A stretch of DNA of 64,000 nt. Origin: Dehalococcoidia bacterium. GTDB taxonomy: Bacteria; Chloroflexota; Dehalococcoidia; Plut-88900. The notes below the pieces were generated by a model. It ran no database searches and was not told the origin of the DNA. It saw nothing but the letters and a program-made list of their open reading frames with translations. The stretch is taken from contig OZ240215.1 of NCBI GenBank assembly GCA_965197585.1, forward strand, positions 2,720,001 through 2,784,000, read 5' to 3'. Shown here in pieces: positions 29,618-38,529 of this stretch; position 1 is the first letter of the stretch, and every line of letters starts with the position of its first letter. The position numbers were made by a program, and so were the translations under genes.

Positions 29618-29676
29618 GCACACAATGTACAGTTAGGGGGTAATTCAAGAAATACCCCGAATGGGTAAGGCTAGTG

Positions 29677-29838
29677 TTAGTCTGAGGAGTCGGGTTTACG
29701 CTCGCTCGCCGCAGGACGGAGCTCCCTCTCGTCCTGAGCGTACTCCTCCGTGATCTGCCGGGTCGCTATTCGGCCCACCATCACGGCGGCGGATACGGGG
29801 CTGACGGGTCGTTTCTGTCCCTGTGGTCCTGTGGGCAT
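29677..29838 (-). CDS. 53-aa small protein upstream of the transposase (not in ORF track)
   Basis: MPTGPQGQKRPVSPVSAAVMVGRIATRQITEEY...; AAGGAG RBS. Confidence 0.65.
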   Translation of the reverse strand: MPTGPQGQKRPVSPVSAAVMVGRIATRQITEEYAQDERELRPAASERKPDSSD

Positions 29839-29917
29839 GACGTCACTCCTTGGTTAGCTTAGCGCATTCTAATACTGCGTACAAGGACGCGAAATACCCC
29901 CACTCCTCCTCTGTCCT

Positions 29918-30538
29918 CTACGGATCGATCAGAGTCCACCAGTGGCACCCATTGGACAGGAACCCTCGGTCAGTCTCCTTAATGGTGACGATCATCTCAA
30001 AGTCCCCGAGCCCGTTCACTATCACGTCGTCCAGCGTCCCACCGAACCCACTCAACCTCTCCCAGTAGCACACGTCCAGTCCTGGGGTGCGGTACGTTCC
30101 CGGCTCTATGTCCCGACCCACTCGCCAGACCCCGTCACCGAAGCCCGGTATGGGGATCTGAGTGGGAATCCTAGGAGTGGATGTGGAGGGTGATGATCTC
30201 GCCGTTGAGGTTGGAGCCGGGGTGGTCCTGGTGGGCTCGGAGTCCAGGCTGGCTAACACCGACACAACAATGACCACGGCTATTATGACCGCTATAACTA
30301 TGGGGAGGACACAACACAGCGTCATCCCCACCCTCGTACTCTGTCTGTTGAGACTCTCTCTGTGGCTCTGCTTTATCCTCTCCAACGCGTGGAACCCCCC
30401 TTCGGCAGTACTGGCTGTGACTTGCCGGTCGACAGCACCCGACGCCACCTCAGGGGGGCACGAGGCCAGCCCATTAAGGCGTCGGGTATATGACCGGCAA
30501 GTCGGGGGAACCATACGACGCACGATGATCCGAGTCAA
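29918..30538 (-). CDS. Membrane-anchored protein (TM, Thr/Pro linker, GDGxxxVGxDIxPGTY domain); start uncertain
   Basis: Hydrophobic VLPIVIAVIIAVVIVVSVLA, linker PTRTTPAPTST, GDGVWRVGRDIEPGTYRT...CYWERL. Confidence 0.7.
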   Translation of the reverse strand: MTRIIVRRMVPPTCRSYTRRLNGLASCPPEVASGAVDRQVTASTAEGGFHALERIKQSHRESLNRQSTRVGMTLCCVLPIVIAVIIAVVIVVSVLASLDSEPTRTTPAPTSTARSSPSTSTPRIPTQIPIPGFGDGVWRVGRDIEPGTYRTPGLDVCYWERLSGFGGTLDDVIVNGLGDFEMIVTIKETDRGFLSNGCHWWTLIDP

Positions 30539-30579
30539 TACGCACCTAGGGTGTTAAAATGTTTCTAGGTTTTTAAAGA

Positions 30580-30843
30580 ATGGCCCTCCCGCTAGATGAG
30601 AGCAGGAAGGCCGATGCCAAAAAACGAGCAAACCTACAACGAAAGGAATACCCAATGGCATTAATAGTAAATCTCAAACTCAACGGCCCAGAAATAGCTA
30701 GTTTATATGGAGATAACCCGGAGCGAACGATCCCGGACTTAATAGAGGAGGTGAGGAGTAGGCCAGGGAACCGTAGGGGAGACTGGTACGTGTTCACCCC
30801 TTTAACAAGGAGACAGTTGGGAGCAACCCATGACCAAAGGTAG
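30580..30843 (+). CDS. Small hypothetical protein (possible start at 30655)
   Basis: ORF overlapping the next gene; AAAGGAA before ATG 30655. Confidence 0.35.
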   Translation: MALPLDESRKADAKKRANLQRKEYPMALIVNLKLNGPEIASLYGDNPERTIPDLIEEVRSRPGNRRGDWYVFTPLTRRQLGATHDQR

Positions 30844-31246
30844 GGATCAAATCAGAGACGCGTTGGAGCATGACGAGGTAGTCCGAGCTATCGAGGATGT
30901 CTATCATCAGAAGAGGAAACACGTCTGGATAAATCCAGGCTCTGAGAAGAACTGCAAATGGGGTGACTATTACATTGATGTGATCGCTTCTGACAGCCCT
31001 AATCCGGACGTGGCATGGGTGATCGAGGTAGAGACTACCTCTTCGATTTCCTCAAGTGAGGCAAGGCAACAGTGGAACAACTATGATCGGACTTATGAGA
31101 ATTGGCATCTGGCTGTCCCTGTCAGTCACGAAGATAAGACAGAGGAACTGCTAGAGGAACACAATATCGAACGATGTCATATCGTCACTTGGGCTCGGGA
31201 CCCAGATGATGCGAATTACATCAATTTCAGGGGACTTCCGGACTAG
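30830..31246 (+). CDS. Restriction-endonuclease-like fold protein
   Basis: YIDVIA...VIEVET motif; GGGAG RBS. Confidence 0.55.
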   Translation: MTKGRDQIRDALEHDEVVRAIEDVYHQKRKHVWINPGSEKNCKWGDYYIDVIASDSPNPDVAWVIEVETTSSISSSEARQQWNNYDRTYENWHLAVPVSHEDKTEELLEEHNIERCHIVTWARDPDDANYINFRGLPD

Positions 31247-31357
31247 AAGGATTACAGACTGAACTGGGTCTGCCTCCTACCCACTTTCAATGGGGTTTAT
31301 ATACCCAATTCCGCCGATGGAACCTCGCGTCTAGCTCAATGTTGACTTCGCTATCGA

Positions 31358-31681
31358 TTAGGTTTTATCAGGTAGCCCCTTGAGAAAATCCTGCGCCTTC
31401 TCCCAGTTTTGGTCGGCCTTGATTTCAGCTTCTACCCGCAGCTTAAGCAAAGAGTCGCAAACCTCTTCAATAGCTTCCTGTACTGAACTGGTGTTACCGC
31501 TCTCACCGGCGTCGCTGGGCCTTCCGCCAGATGTGACGAAATAATGGTATCCATTACCCGTAGCCTGTATGCTGCCCGCATAGTGCCCTGACGCGTAATG
31601 GGTTACATAGAGAGTGCGGCTATTGCTCTTATTTTCTTCACTAAGTTCAAACACCGTGTCCTTATACGAATACTTCTTCAA
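31358..31681 (-). CDS. Hypothetical protein
   Basis: 107-aa ORF with AGGAGG RBS. Confidence 0.65.
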   Translation of the reverse strand: MKKYSYKDTVFELSEENKSNSRTLYVTHYASGHYAGSIQATGNGYHYFVTSGGRPSDAGESGNTSSVQEAIEEVCDSLLKLRVEAEIKADQNWEKAQDFLKGLPDKT

Positions 31682-31704
31682 TCCAGCCTCCTGGCAATTA
31701 TGTT

Positions 31705-31983
31705 TTAGCGCTTGCTCTTATTATGACACTGCTTGCAACGATTGTCGTTATAGCAGATCTCCGGGTAGTACACGGCCCGCCCACAGGTGACGCACTTGTA
31801 GTCGGTGGGTGGTGTTGTTGTGGGAACGGGTCTGGCGGCAGACACCCTTCGGGCTAGCATTGCCCCCACCTCCATTGGGTCTAGCTCGTCTTGTTCCCCA
31901 CGCGGGAGCCCCAAGTCAATGCGTGGAGGGAGCTTGTTTTTGCCGATGGGGTGGACGAACCGCTTCTTGGTGCGGCTAATCGG
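31705..31983 (-). pseudogene. Zinc-ribbon protein, frame open through the terminal IR (possibly 5'-truncated)
   Basis: ...KNKLPPRIDLGLPRGE...YKCVTCG...RCKQCH*; no ATG between the IR and the TTG at 31914. Confidence 0.4.
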
Positions 31984-32120
31984 TCGACTTAAACTGAGAC
32001 ACTACCAAAATGGGGCCCAAATTGCGCCCCCAACCTAAATGAGATATGCTTTTCTGCGGCAGTAATCCAGACCCGTTATTACCCACCTGACACCTACCGA
32101 AAAACAACGCGGAGGAGACC

Positions 32121-33167
32121 ATGAAGGCAATAGTGTTCGAAGAGCACGGTGAAGTCGACAAGCTTCAATACAAGGAAATCCCCGAACCGAAGCTCGGGCC
32201 CAACGAGGTGCTCTTCAAGATCAGGGCAGCAGGCTGCAATTACAACGACATCTGGGCACGCCGAGGCCTTCCGGGCATGGAGATAATCATGCCGCACGTC
32301 TCGGGTTCCGACGCCTCGGGAGAGGTGGTAGAGGTCGGGAGCGAGGTGCGGAGCGTAAAGCCCGGAGATGACGTGATGGTCCACCCCGGCATAAGCTGCC
32401 GCAGCTGCGAAGCCTGCACGAGCGGCCAGGAGTTCTTCTGCCGCCGTTACCGCATTTGGGGCTTCCAGACCGGTCCCCTGGATGGCGCCGACGCCGAGTA
32501 CGGCAAGCTTCCCGAGGCCAACCTGATTCCCAAGCCCGCCAACATCTCCTACCAAGAGGCTGCAACGCTCCCCCTGATTCTCATGACCGTCTGGCGCATG
32601 CTCGTGACGCGGGCACGCATCCAGGCCGGCGACTTCGTCCTGATCTGGGGCGGGGCGGGGGGACTCGGGTCCATGGCGATACAGGTGTGCAACCTGTTTG
32701 GGGCCAGAGGGATTGCAGTAGTCGGATCTGAAGAGAAGGCGGAGTACGCCAAGAACCTCGGCGCATACGACACGATCAACCGCAAGACCCAGAAGATCAG
32801 GGACGAGGTACGTCGTATCACCAACAAGGCGGGCGTGGACATCGTCTTCGAGCACACAGGAGAGCAGACCTGGAAGGACAGTGTAGGCGCACTCAAGCGG
32901 GGCGGGAGCCTGGTAACCTGTGGAGCGACCAGTGGTTTCATCGGGCAGACGGACATCCGGTTCCTGTGGAACAAGCAGATGAACTTCTACGGCTCTCACA
33001 TGGCTTCCAAGGGCGAGTTCCTGCAGGGCATGAAGTTCGTGGAGTCCGGAGTGATCAAGCCTCTGCCCAGCCAGGCCGTGCCACTGAAGGAGGCCGCCAT
33101 AGCCCAAAAGACGATTGAGGACGGTGACGTGATGGGCAAGATGATACTCATTCCCGATCATGCCTAG
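32121..33167 (+). CDS. MDR-family Zn-binding dehydrogenase/reductase
   Basis: GCNYND, structural-Zn CRSCEAC...C, GGAGGLG, TCGATSG. Confidence 0.92.
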   Translation: MKAIVFEEHGEVDKLQYKEIPEPKLGPNEVLFKIRAAGCNYNDIWARRGLPGMEIIMPHVSGSDASGEVVEVGSEVRSVKPGDDVMVHPGISCRSCEACTSGQEFFCRRYRIWGFQTGPLDGADAEYGKLPEANLIPKPANISYQEAATLPLILMTVWRMLVTRARIQAGDFVLIWGGAGGLGSMAIQVCNLFGARGIAVVGSEEKAEYAKNLGAYDTINRKTQKIRDEVRRITNKAGVDIVFEHTGEQTWKDSVGALKRGGSLVTCGATSGFIGQTDIRFLWNKQMNFYGSHMASKGEFLQGMKFVESGVIKPLPSQAVPLKEAAIAQKTIEDGDVMGKMILIPDHA

Positions 33168-34053
33168 CACCGACACCCTACTGGTCCGGAGCGCGCTTTT
33201 CGTACCCGCAATAAGGGAGCGGTTCATCGAGAAGGCCCCTGATGCGGGCGCGGACATGATCTGCATAGACCTTGAAGACTCCGTTGCCCTCGCCGAGAAG
33301 CCGAAGGGTCGGGAGATGGCCCGGGACGCAATGCCGGGGATGAGGCGCACGGGCTACCTGATGGCCGTGCGCGTTAATTCCCTGCAGTCGGGGTTAATAG
33401 AGGACGACCTGAACGCCGTCGTCATACCAGACCTCCAGGCCATAGGATTACCCAAGGCCGACGACCCGGAGATCATCAAGCGTGTCGACCACTATCTAAC
33501 CATCCTCGAAAAGACGCGGGGCATACCCGTTGGGCAGGTCATGATATTCCCCTGGATAGAGACGGCCCTGGGCGTGATCAACGCATACACTCTCTGCACC
33601 GCCTCCCCCCGGGTGACGGCCGCTTCCGTTGGCGGTGAGGACCTGACCTCCGACATGGGGATGGAAAGGACGCGCGAGGGCCGGGAGCTCGAGTACGCCC
33701 GCAACCACGTAGCGACGGCCTGCATAGCTGCGGGCATCGTGCCCCTGGACACGGTCTTCGCCGATTTCCGGGACACCGAAGGGTTCGAGGCGGACACGGT
33801 CCACGGCAAGTCCATCGGCTTCAAGGGACGTTACTGTATACACCCTTCCCAGGTGCCCGCGGTGAATGGCATCTACCACCCAACAGACAGCGAGGTCGAG
33901 AACGCCCGCAAGGTTGTCGATGCGTACGAAGAGGGGACGCGGCAGGGTCTCGGGGCGGTGAACATGGGTGGGGTGATGGTGGATAAGCCGGTGTACGACA
34001 GGGCGATTTCTCTTCTGGCGCGGCTGTGGTTGATAGAGAGCAAGGGCGGGTAG
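33160..34053 (+). CDS. CoA-ester lyase (CitE / HpcH-HpaI family)
   Basis: RSALFVP, DLEDSV, VRVN, LPKA, IETA, GGEDL, CIHPSQV, MVDKP. Confidence 0.9.
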   Translation: MPSTDTLLVRSALFVPAIRERFIEKAPDAGADMICIDLEDSVALAEKPKGREMARDAMPGMRRTGYLMAVRVNSLQSGLIEDDLNAVVIPDLQAIGLPKADDPEIIKRVDHYLTILEKTRGIPVGQVMIFPWIETALGVINAYTLCTASPRVTAASVGGEDLTSDMGMERTREGRELEYARNHVATACIAAGIVPLDTVFADFRDTEGFEADTVHGKSIGFKGRYCIHPSQVPAVNGIYHPTDSEVENARKVVDAYEEGTRQGLGAVNMGGVMVDKPVYDRAISLLARLWLIESKGG

Positions 34054-34097
34054 GGGATAGGCGAACGTGACGGAATGGCATTACGGGACCGCCCCCG

Positions 34098-34241
34098 CTC
34101 GACCCTTCGATGCTCCTAAGGCGCACTTCCAGCTCAGCTCAGGATGAGCGGCCCCTCACCGGGGAAGGGCAATTGGGTGGACGGCTAGAAAGTCCGTGGT
34201 GTATGGGTCGGTCTTGAGATTCCTCGCGGGGCCCCGGAATG
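34098..34241. repeat. Mosaic of REP-like palindromes (CTCGACCCTTCGA...TGAGCGGCCC and GATTCC...GGAATG)
   Basis: Related copies at 42499-42614, 43864-43890, 44703-44728 and 48878-48918. Confidence 0.75.
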
Positions 34242-34343
34242 GGGGGGTGAGGTAGGGTAGAGCGGAGGCTGTGCCCACCCGCGCCACGACATAGCCCTAT
34301 GCCGTTGACACTTAGTTCACACAGTTCCGGACACTATCGACGC

Positions 34344-35555
34344 CTAGCACCACGGAAACTCACCATCCCTATTATTAGCCCTACCTCTCAAACTGTTCGG
34401 TATGCAGCCACTTAAGTCATTGTCGCTGAGGTACAGATTTTTCAGGTTGGCGAGGTTGCCCAACTCCGGCGGTATCTCTCCACTCAATTTATTGTTGCTG
34501 AGGCCCAGCGATTCCAGGTTGGCGAGGTCACCCAACTCCGCCGGTATCCCTCCACTCAGATAATTGTCACTGAGGTACAGCCATTCCAGGTTGGCGAGGT
34601 CACCCAACTCCGCCGGTATCTCCCCACTCAAATCGTTCTGAAAAAGTCGCAAATCTTCCAAGTTGGTCAGGTTGCCCAACTCCGCCGGTATCTCTCCACT
34701 CAGATCATTGTTACTGAGGTACAGCCATTCCAGGTTGCTCAGGTTGCCTAACTCCGCCGGTATCTCTCCACTCAAATAGTTGCCACTGAGGTTCAGCCAT
34801 TCCAGGTTGCTCAGGTTGCCCAACTCCGGGGGTATTCCGCCATTCAAGTCATTGCCACCTAGGTTTAGCGATTCCAGGTTGCTCAGGTTGCCCAACTCCG
34901 CCGGTATCTCTCGACTCAAATAGTTGCCACTGAGGTTCAGCCATTCCAGGTTGCTCAGGTTGCCCAACTCCGGGGGTATTTCGCCATTCAAGTCATTGTC
35001 TCCGAGGTTCAGCTTTTCCAGGTTGGCGAGGTTGCCTAACTCCGGGGGTATCTCTCCACTCAATCCAGTCTTACTGAGGTTCAGACTTTCCAGGTTGGCG
35101 AGGTTGCCCAACTCCGCCGGTATCTCTCCACTCAATTTATTCAAGCTGAGGTCCAGCAATTTCAGGTTGGCAAGGTTGCCCAACTCCGGGGGTATCTCTC
35201 CACTCAATCTATTCTCATCGAAGTCAAATACTCCTCCACCGAGATCCAGTACTTCCAGGCGGGTAAGGTCACCCAACTCCGGCGGTATCTCCCCGACCAA
35301 CTCGTTCTCGGCAAGGAGCAGTTCTGTAACACGGCCTTCCTCATTAGTGGATACGTTGGACCATTTGTGCAGCGGCGCATCAGTCAGCCAGTATTCTTTG
35401 TCTGCCCAGTACTCGCCGGTCGTGGCATGGAAGAGCGCAACTAGCGCTTCTCTATCAGGTTCATCGGGGCCACATGCCGATAGCGCCGCCATGACAATCA
35501 GCCCAAGTAGGCAACAAAGGAGGCCGGTCAGCCATCTTTTCGGTTGCAACTTCAT
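34344..35555 (-). CDS. Plant-type LRR lipoprotein (about 12 x 24-aa repeats)
   Basis: Lipobox LSAC; DREALVALF N-cap; LSGEIPxELGNLxNLxxLxL repeats (72-bp period); GCIP C-cap. Confidence 0.93.
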   Translation of the reverse strand: MKLQPKRWLTGLLCCLLGLIVMAALSACGPDEPDREALVALFHATTGEYWADKEYWLTDAPLHKWSNVSTNEEGRVTELLLAENELVGEIPPELGDLTRLEVLDLGGGVFDFDENRLSGEIPPELGNLANLKLLDLSLNKLSGEIPAELGNLANLESLNLSKTGLSGEIPPELGNLANLEKLNLGDNDLNGEIPPELGNLSNLEWLNLSGNYLSREIPAELGNLSNLESLNLGGNDLNGGIPPELGNLSNLEWLNLSGNYLSGEIPAELGNLSNLEWLYLSNNDLSGEIPAELGNLTNLEDLRLFQNDLSGEIPAELGDLANLEWLYLSDNYLSGGIPAELGDLANLESLGLSNNKLSGEIPPELGNLANLKNLYLSDNDLSGCIPNSLRGRANNRDGEFPWC

Positions 35556-35896
35556 GGTTCCGCCTACGCCGTCTTATTCCCAATGTCTGTGGCATTGTAC
35601 ATACCATCGGTGACACACGCCCCTTGCACCCCCACCCCCGAAATTCCCACCCTTGCCACCATCATTACTCCTTTAGCAGGGATGCACCCCTCCCCCATAG
35701 GTTTAATCCCTCATGGAGATGGGATCACGACTCGGCTAGGGCGATTCGGGTGCTCCAGCCAGCGCCTCGCACTCCTCCGAGGCCACCCCCACCCCGGCTG
35801 GCACGAAGATTGCCGCAGAGACATCCGGAAACTCCTTCAAATGCACCCCTTCGCCCTCGGTATATCAGCCAGGTTGGGTTCCGCGATTAGCAGATC

Positions 35897-36736
35897 TTAG
35901 CACCGCGGTAACTCACCGCCAATCCATGCCTTACCTATCAAACTGCGTGGTATACAGCCACTCAGTTTGTTGCCTGCGAGGCCCACATCCTCCAGGTTGG
36001 CGAGGTCACCCAGCTCCCGCGGTATCTCCCCACTCAATTCATTGTTGCTGAGGCCCAGCGATTTCAGGTTGCCAAGGTCACCCAACTCCGCCGGTATCTC
36101 GCCACTCAAATTATTGGACCTGAGATCTAACCTGACCATGCTGATCATATTGCCCAACTCTCGCGGTATCTCTCCACTCAATTCATTGTGGCTAAGGAAC
36201 AGCCGGCCCAGGTTGACAAGATCGCCCAATTCCGCCGGTAACTCTCCACTCAATTCATTTTGCTCAAGAACCAAGTCCTGCAGGTGGAAGAGGTTTCTCA
36301 ACGCTGCCGGTATCTCCCCGCTCAAGTTATTGTCATGGAGAGTCAGAAATTTCATTTTGATCGGGTTTCCCAACTCCGCCGGTATCTCTCCACTCAATTC
36401 ATTCTCACTGAGGTCCAGCCAGAACAGTTTGGTCAGATTGCCCAGCTCCGGCGGTATCTCCCCACTCAATCCATTCCTCCTGATGTGCAGTTGTGAAACA
36501 CGGCCTTCCTTAGTAGTTACGCCGTACCATTCGCCTATCGGCGCATCGCTCAGCCAGTTTTCATTGTTACGCCAGCTCGGGCCATCCGTTGCGTTGTACA
36601 GTGCAACTAGCGCTTCTCTATCCGTTTCGGGCGATGTGGTCGCTGTCGGCCGCATGTCGGAGCTACAGGCGGCCAGCAGACCCACTAGCACTAAACTAGC
36701 TATCAAGAAGCGCAAATAGACTAGAATAGTGTACAT
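35897..36736 (-). CDS. Plant-type LRR lipoprotein (about 7 repeats)
   Basis: Lipobox LAAC; DREALVALYNATDGPSW N-cap; same repeat consensus. Confidence 0.93.
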   Translation of the reverse strand: MYTILVYLRFLIASLVLVGLLAACSSDMRPTATTSPETDREALVALYNATDGPSWRNNENWLSDAPIGEWYGVTTKEGRVSQLHIRRNGLSGEIPPELGNLTKLFWLDLSENELSGEIPAELGNPIKMKFLTLHDNNLSGEIPAALRNLFHLQDLVLEQNELSGELPAELGDLVNLGRLFLSHNELSGEIPRELGNMISMVRLDLRSNNLSGEIPAELGDLGNLKSLGLSNNELSGEIPRELGDLANLEDVGLAGNKLSGCIPRSLIGKAWIGGELPRC

Positions 36737-36901
36737 ATGAGTTATTATAATCTACCATCCCCACCCCCACATATTCGGGCCAACTACTACCTGAATCGGC
36801 GGGCAGGTTATACGTGGGGTTTGGGTGTTTTGGTACAATACCTTCGTGCTTACTGGTTAGCCCATCTTGATTCTCACGCCTTATCTCCCGGAGACCGATT
36901 C

Positions 36902-37492
36902 ATGGATAGGATTCCCAGCGCCCTTGAGAGGGCTTTAGAAAGAGTAGAAAAGCTCGGCAGGGCTTCGGCTGAAGACCTTGAAAGGTCTCGGCTTGTAGAA
37001 GAAGGGCAGAAGCTGGCCGCTCTGTACCTGAACGGCGAGGCCAACCTGCGGTCCGAGTTGAACAAGTACGAGGATAGCCCCGAACGGGCAGGCCTGGCAG
37101 ATGGGATTGAGGAAGTCCTGATTCGAAACCTCGCCCTCCCGACTACAGATGCCGTCAAGGATCGAAACAAGCTGGCCATGGACGGACTCAAGCTGACCAA
37201 GAAGGACCCGGGCGCGGTCGAGAACATCTTCAGCAAGATGCGGCAGATCTTCAACCACTACACGGGGCAAGGGGAGATGCAGCGCAAAGAGGCCCAGGAA
37301 AACCTGAAGCGGGACATGCAGATGCGGTTGTCCCAGATGGCCCGACAGCAGGGCATGCCCCCAATCGACCTGCAGCACATCGAGAGACACCCGCAATTCC
37401 AGATGGAGTGGCGCAAGGCCCGGACTCAAATGGAGGCCCAGTACGACCTATACATGAAGGAGTATAAGGAGCAACTCTCGGCGCTGGCCTAG
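36902..37492 (+). CDS. Conserved helical hypothetical protein (DUF6657-like)
   Basis: MDRIPSALERALERVEKLG N-terminus; GGAG RBS; host-like codon usage. Confidence 0.65.
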   Translation: MDRIPSALERALERVEKLGRASAEDLERSRLVEEGQKLAALYLNGEANLRSELNKYEDSPERAGLADGIEEVLIRNLALPTTDAVKDRNKLAMDGLKLTKKDPGAVENIFSKMRQIFNHYTGQGEMQRKEAQENLKRDMQMRLSQMARQQGMPPIDLQHIERHPQFQMEWRKARTQMEAQYDLYMKEYKEQLSALA

Positions 37493-37507
37493 CTCCGATA
37501 CCTCGCC

Positions 37508-38209
37508 ATGGACGCAGACTTCGACCCCAAGGACGACCGCATCGGATACGCCATCGAGAATACCCACTTCCTGCGCGTCCCGCGGCAGCACCTATCCACC
37601 TTCGGGACCACCAACGTGCGCTACTTCCTGCTGACCACGCCCGCTTACTCGGGGGTCGTGCAGTCATCCGAGGACACTGTTATACGGGAGGGGCGCGTGA
37701 TCTCGGAGCAGCCGAGGGTCGTCACTCCGGGGTACATGCTCAACCTGCAGGGATTCGGGGACGGGGCTCGGGACTATTTCGAGCGCCTGATCAACGAGCA
37801 AGGACCCAACGTGCCCGGCATCCTCTACCACTACCGCAACGAGCAGGAGAACCTGAACATCGTCAGCGGCACCATGTTGTCGGTAATGGACAGGATCGAG
37901 AAGGACGTGGGGGACGACCCGCTGGTCGGGATCATTCGTGGCATAGACGAGATGTGGGACGTATCGCTGTTGAAGTTCATCCACGACCTCACATCCCGCT
38001 CGCTGGAGGGCAACGTACGTGAGTTGCAGGGGTCGGGGCTGCTGGGGGTAGATTCATCGGGGGCGACCGGGGACGCTCGACGGCGCATCGAGGATATGTT
38101 CATGCGGGTCGCCAAAAAGTCGGCCGACCCCAACGATCTGCGCCGGGAGCTAGAACGCTGGGGCCTCTTCTCCGAGTACGAAGACCGCTTCCTCAGGATG
38201 TTCAGGTAA
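37508..38209 (+). CDS. Conserved hypothetical protein
   Basis: Host-like codon usage; LSTFGTTNVRY, WDVSLLKF, LERWGLFSEYEDRF. Confidence 0.75.
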   Translation: MDADFDPKDDRIGYAIENTHFLRVPRQHLSTFGTTNVRYFLLTTPAYSGVVQSSEDTVIREGRVISEQPRVVTPGYMLNLQGFGDGARDYFERLINEQGPNVPGILYHYRNEQENLNIVSGTMLSVMDRIEKDVGDDPLVGIIRGIDEMWDVSLLKFIHDLTSRSLEGNVRELQGSGLLGVDSSGATGDARRRIEDMFMRVAKKSADPNDLRRELERWGLFSEYEDRFLRMFR

Positions 38210-38214
38210 GCGGG

Positions 38215-38529
38215 TTAGCCAGCCTTCTTGCACAGCTCGCAGCCGCACAGTGATCTTAGCAACGCGAAGGAATAGATCCCCGTTTCGTGGGCATCGCTCC
38301 AGAGGAGTTGGACCGCGTAGCGCCCGATCTCGATGAAGTCCAGGATTTCGATGTCAGAGGACACCGAGTCGGGGTCAAGGATTCGGCGACCCGACCACTC
38401 GTCGATGCAGTTGGCGCACTTGCACTCTTCCCGGAGCCCTTTGAAAGGGTACACGCTCCTGTGCTCCTCGTCCCACTGCACCGCCAATCCCTCTCCCGTG
38501 AGTTCAATTAATCTTGGCTCTTCTATCAT
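38215..38529 (-). CDS. DUF971 / GBBH-like N-terminal domain protein
   Basis: LREECKCANC, IGRYAVQLLWSDAHETGIYSF. Confidence 0.85.
   Translation of the reverse strand: MIEEPRLIELTGEGLAVQWDEEHRSVYPFKGLREECKCANCIDEWSGRRILDPDSVSSDIEILDFIEIGRYAVQLLWSDAHETGIYSFALLRSLCGCELCKKAG

Larger units (their letters stand above)
27915..32006 (-). mobile_element. IS1-family element with passenger genes (4092 bp)
   Basis: IRs GGTAGTGTCTCAGTTTgAGTtGA (27915-37) and 31984-32006 match 21/23; 8-bp TSD AAAATGGG at 27907-14 and 32007-14; internal DDE transposase. Confidence 0.93.

Noticed and set aside
32094-33350. Long antisense ORFs (also 11123-12175, 26550-27716, 59694-60797, 34924-35613)
   Set aside because: They are shadows of well-supported genes, expected in GC-rich DNA, and show no independent motifs.
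35556-35896. Short ORFs or an IS1182-end remnant between the LRR genes
   Set aside because: Similarity to the IS end is weak and low-complexity, with no IR, RBS or recognisable motif.
34344-36736. 72-bp periodic repeats as CRISPR or a diversity-generating retroelement
   Set aside because: They are coding LRR units; no reverse transcriptase or template repeat is present in the window.
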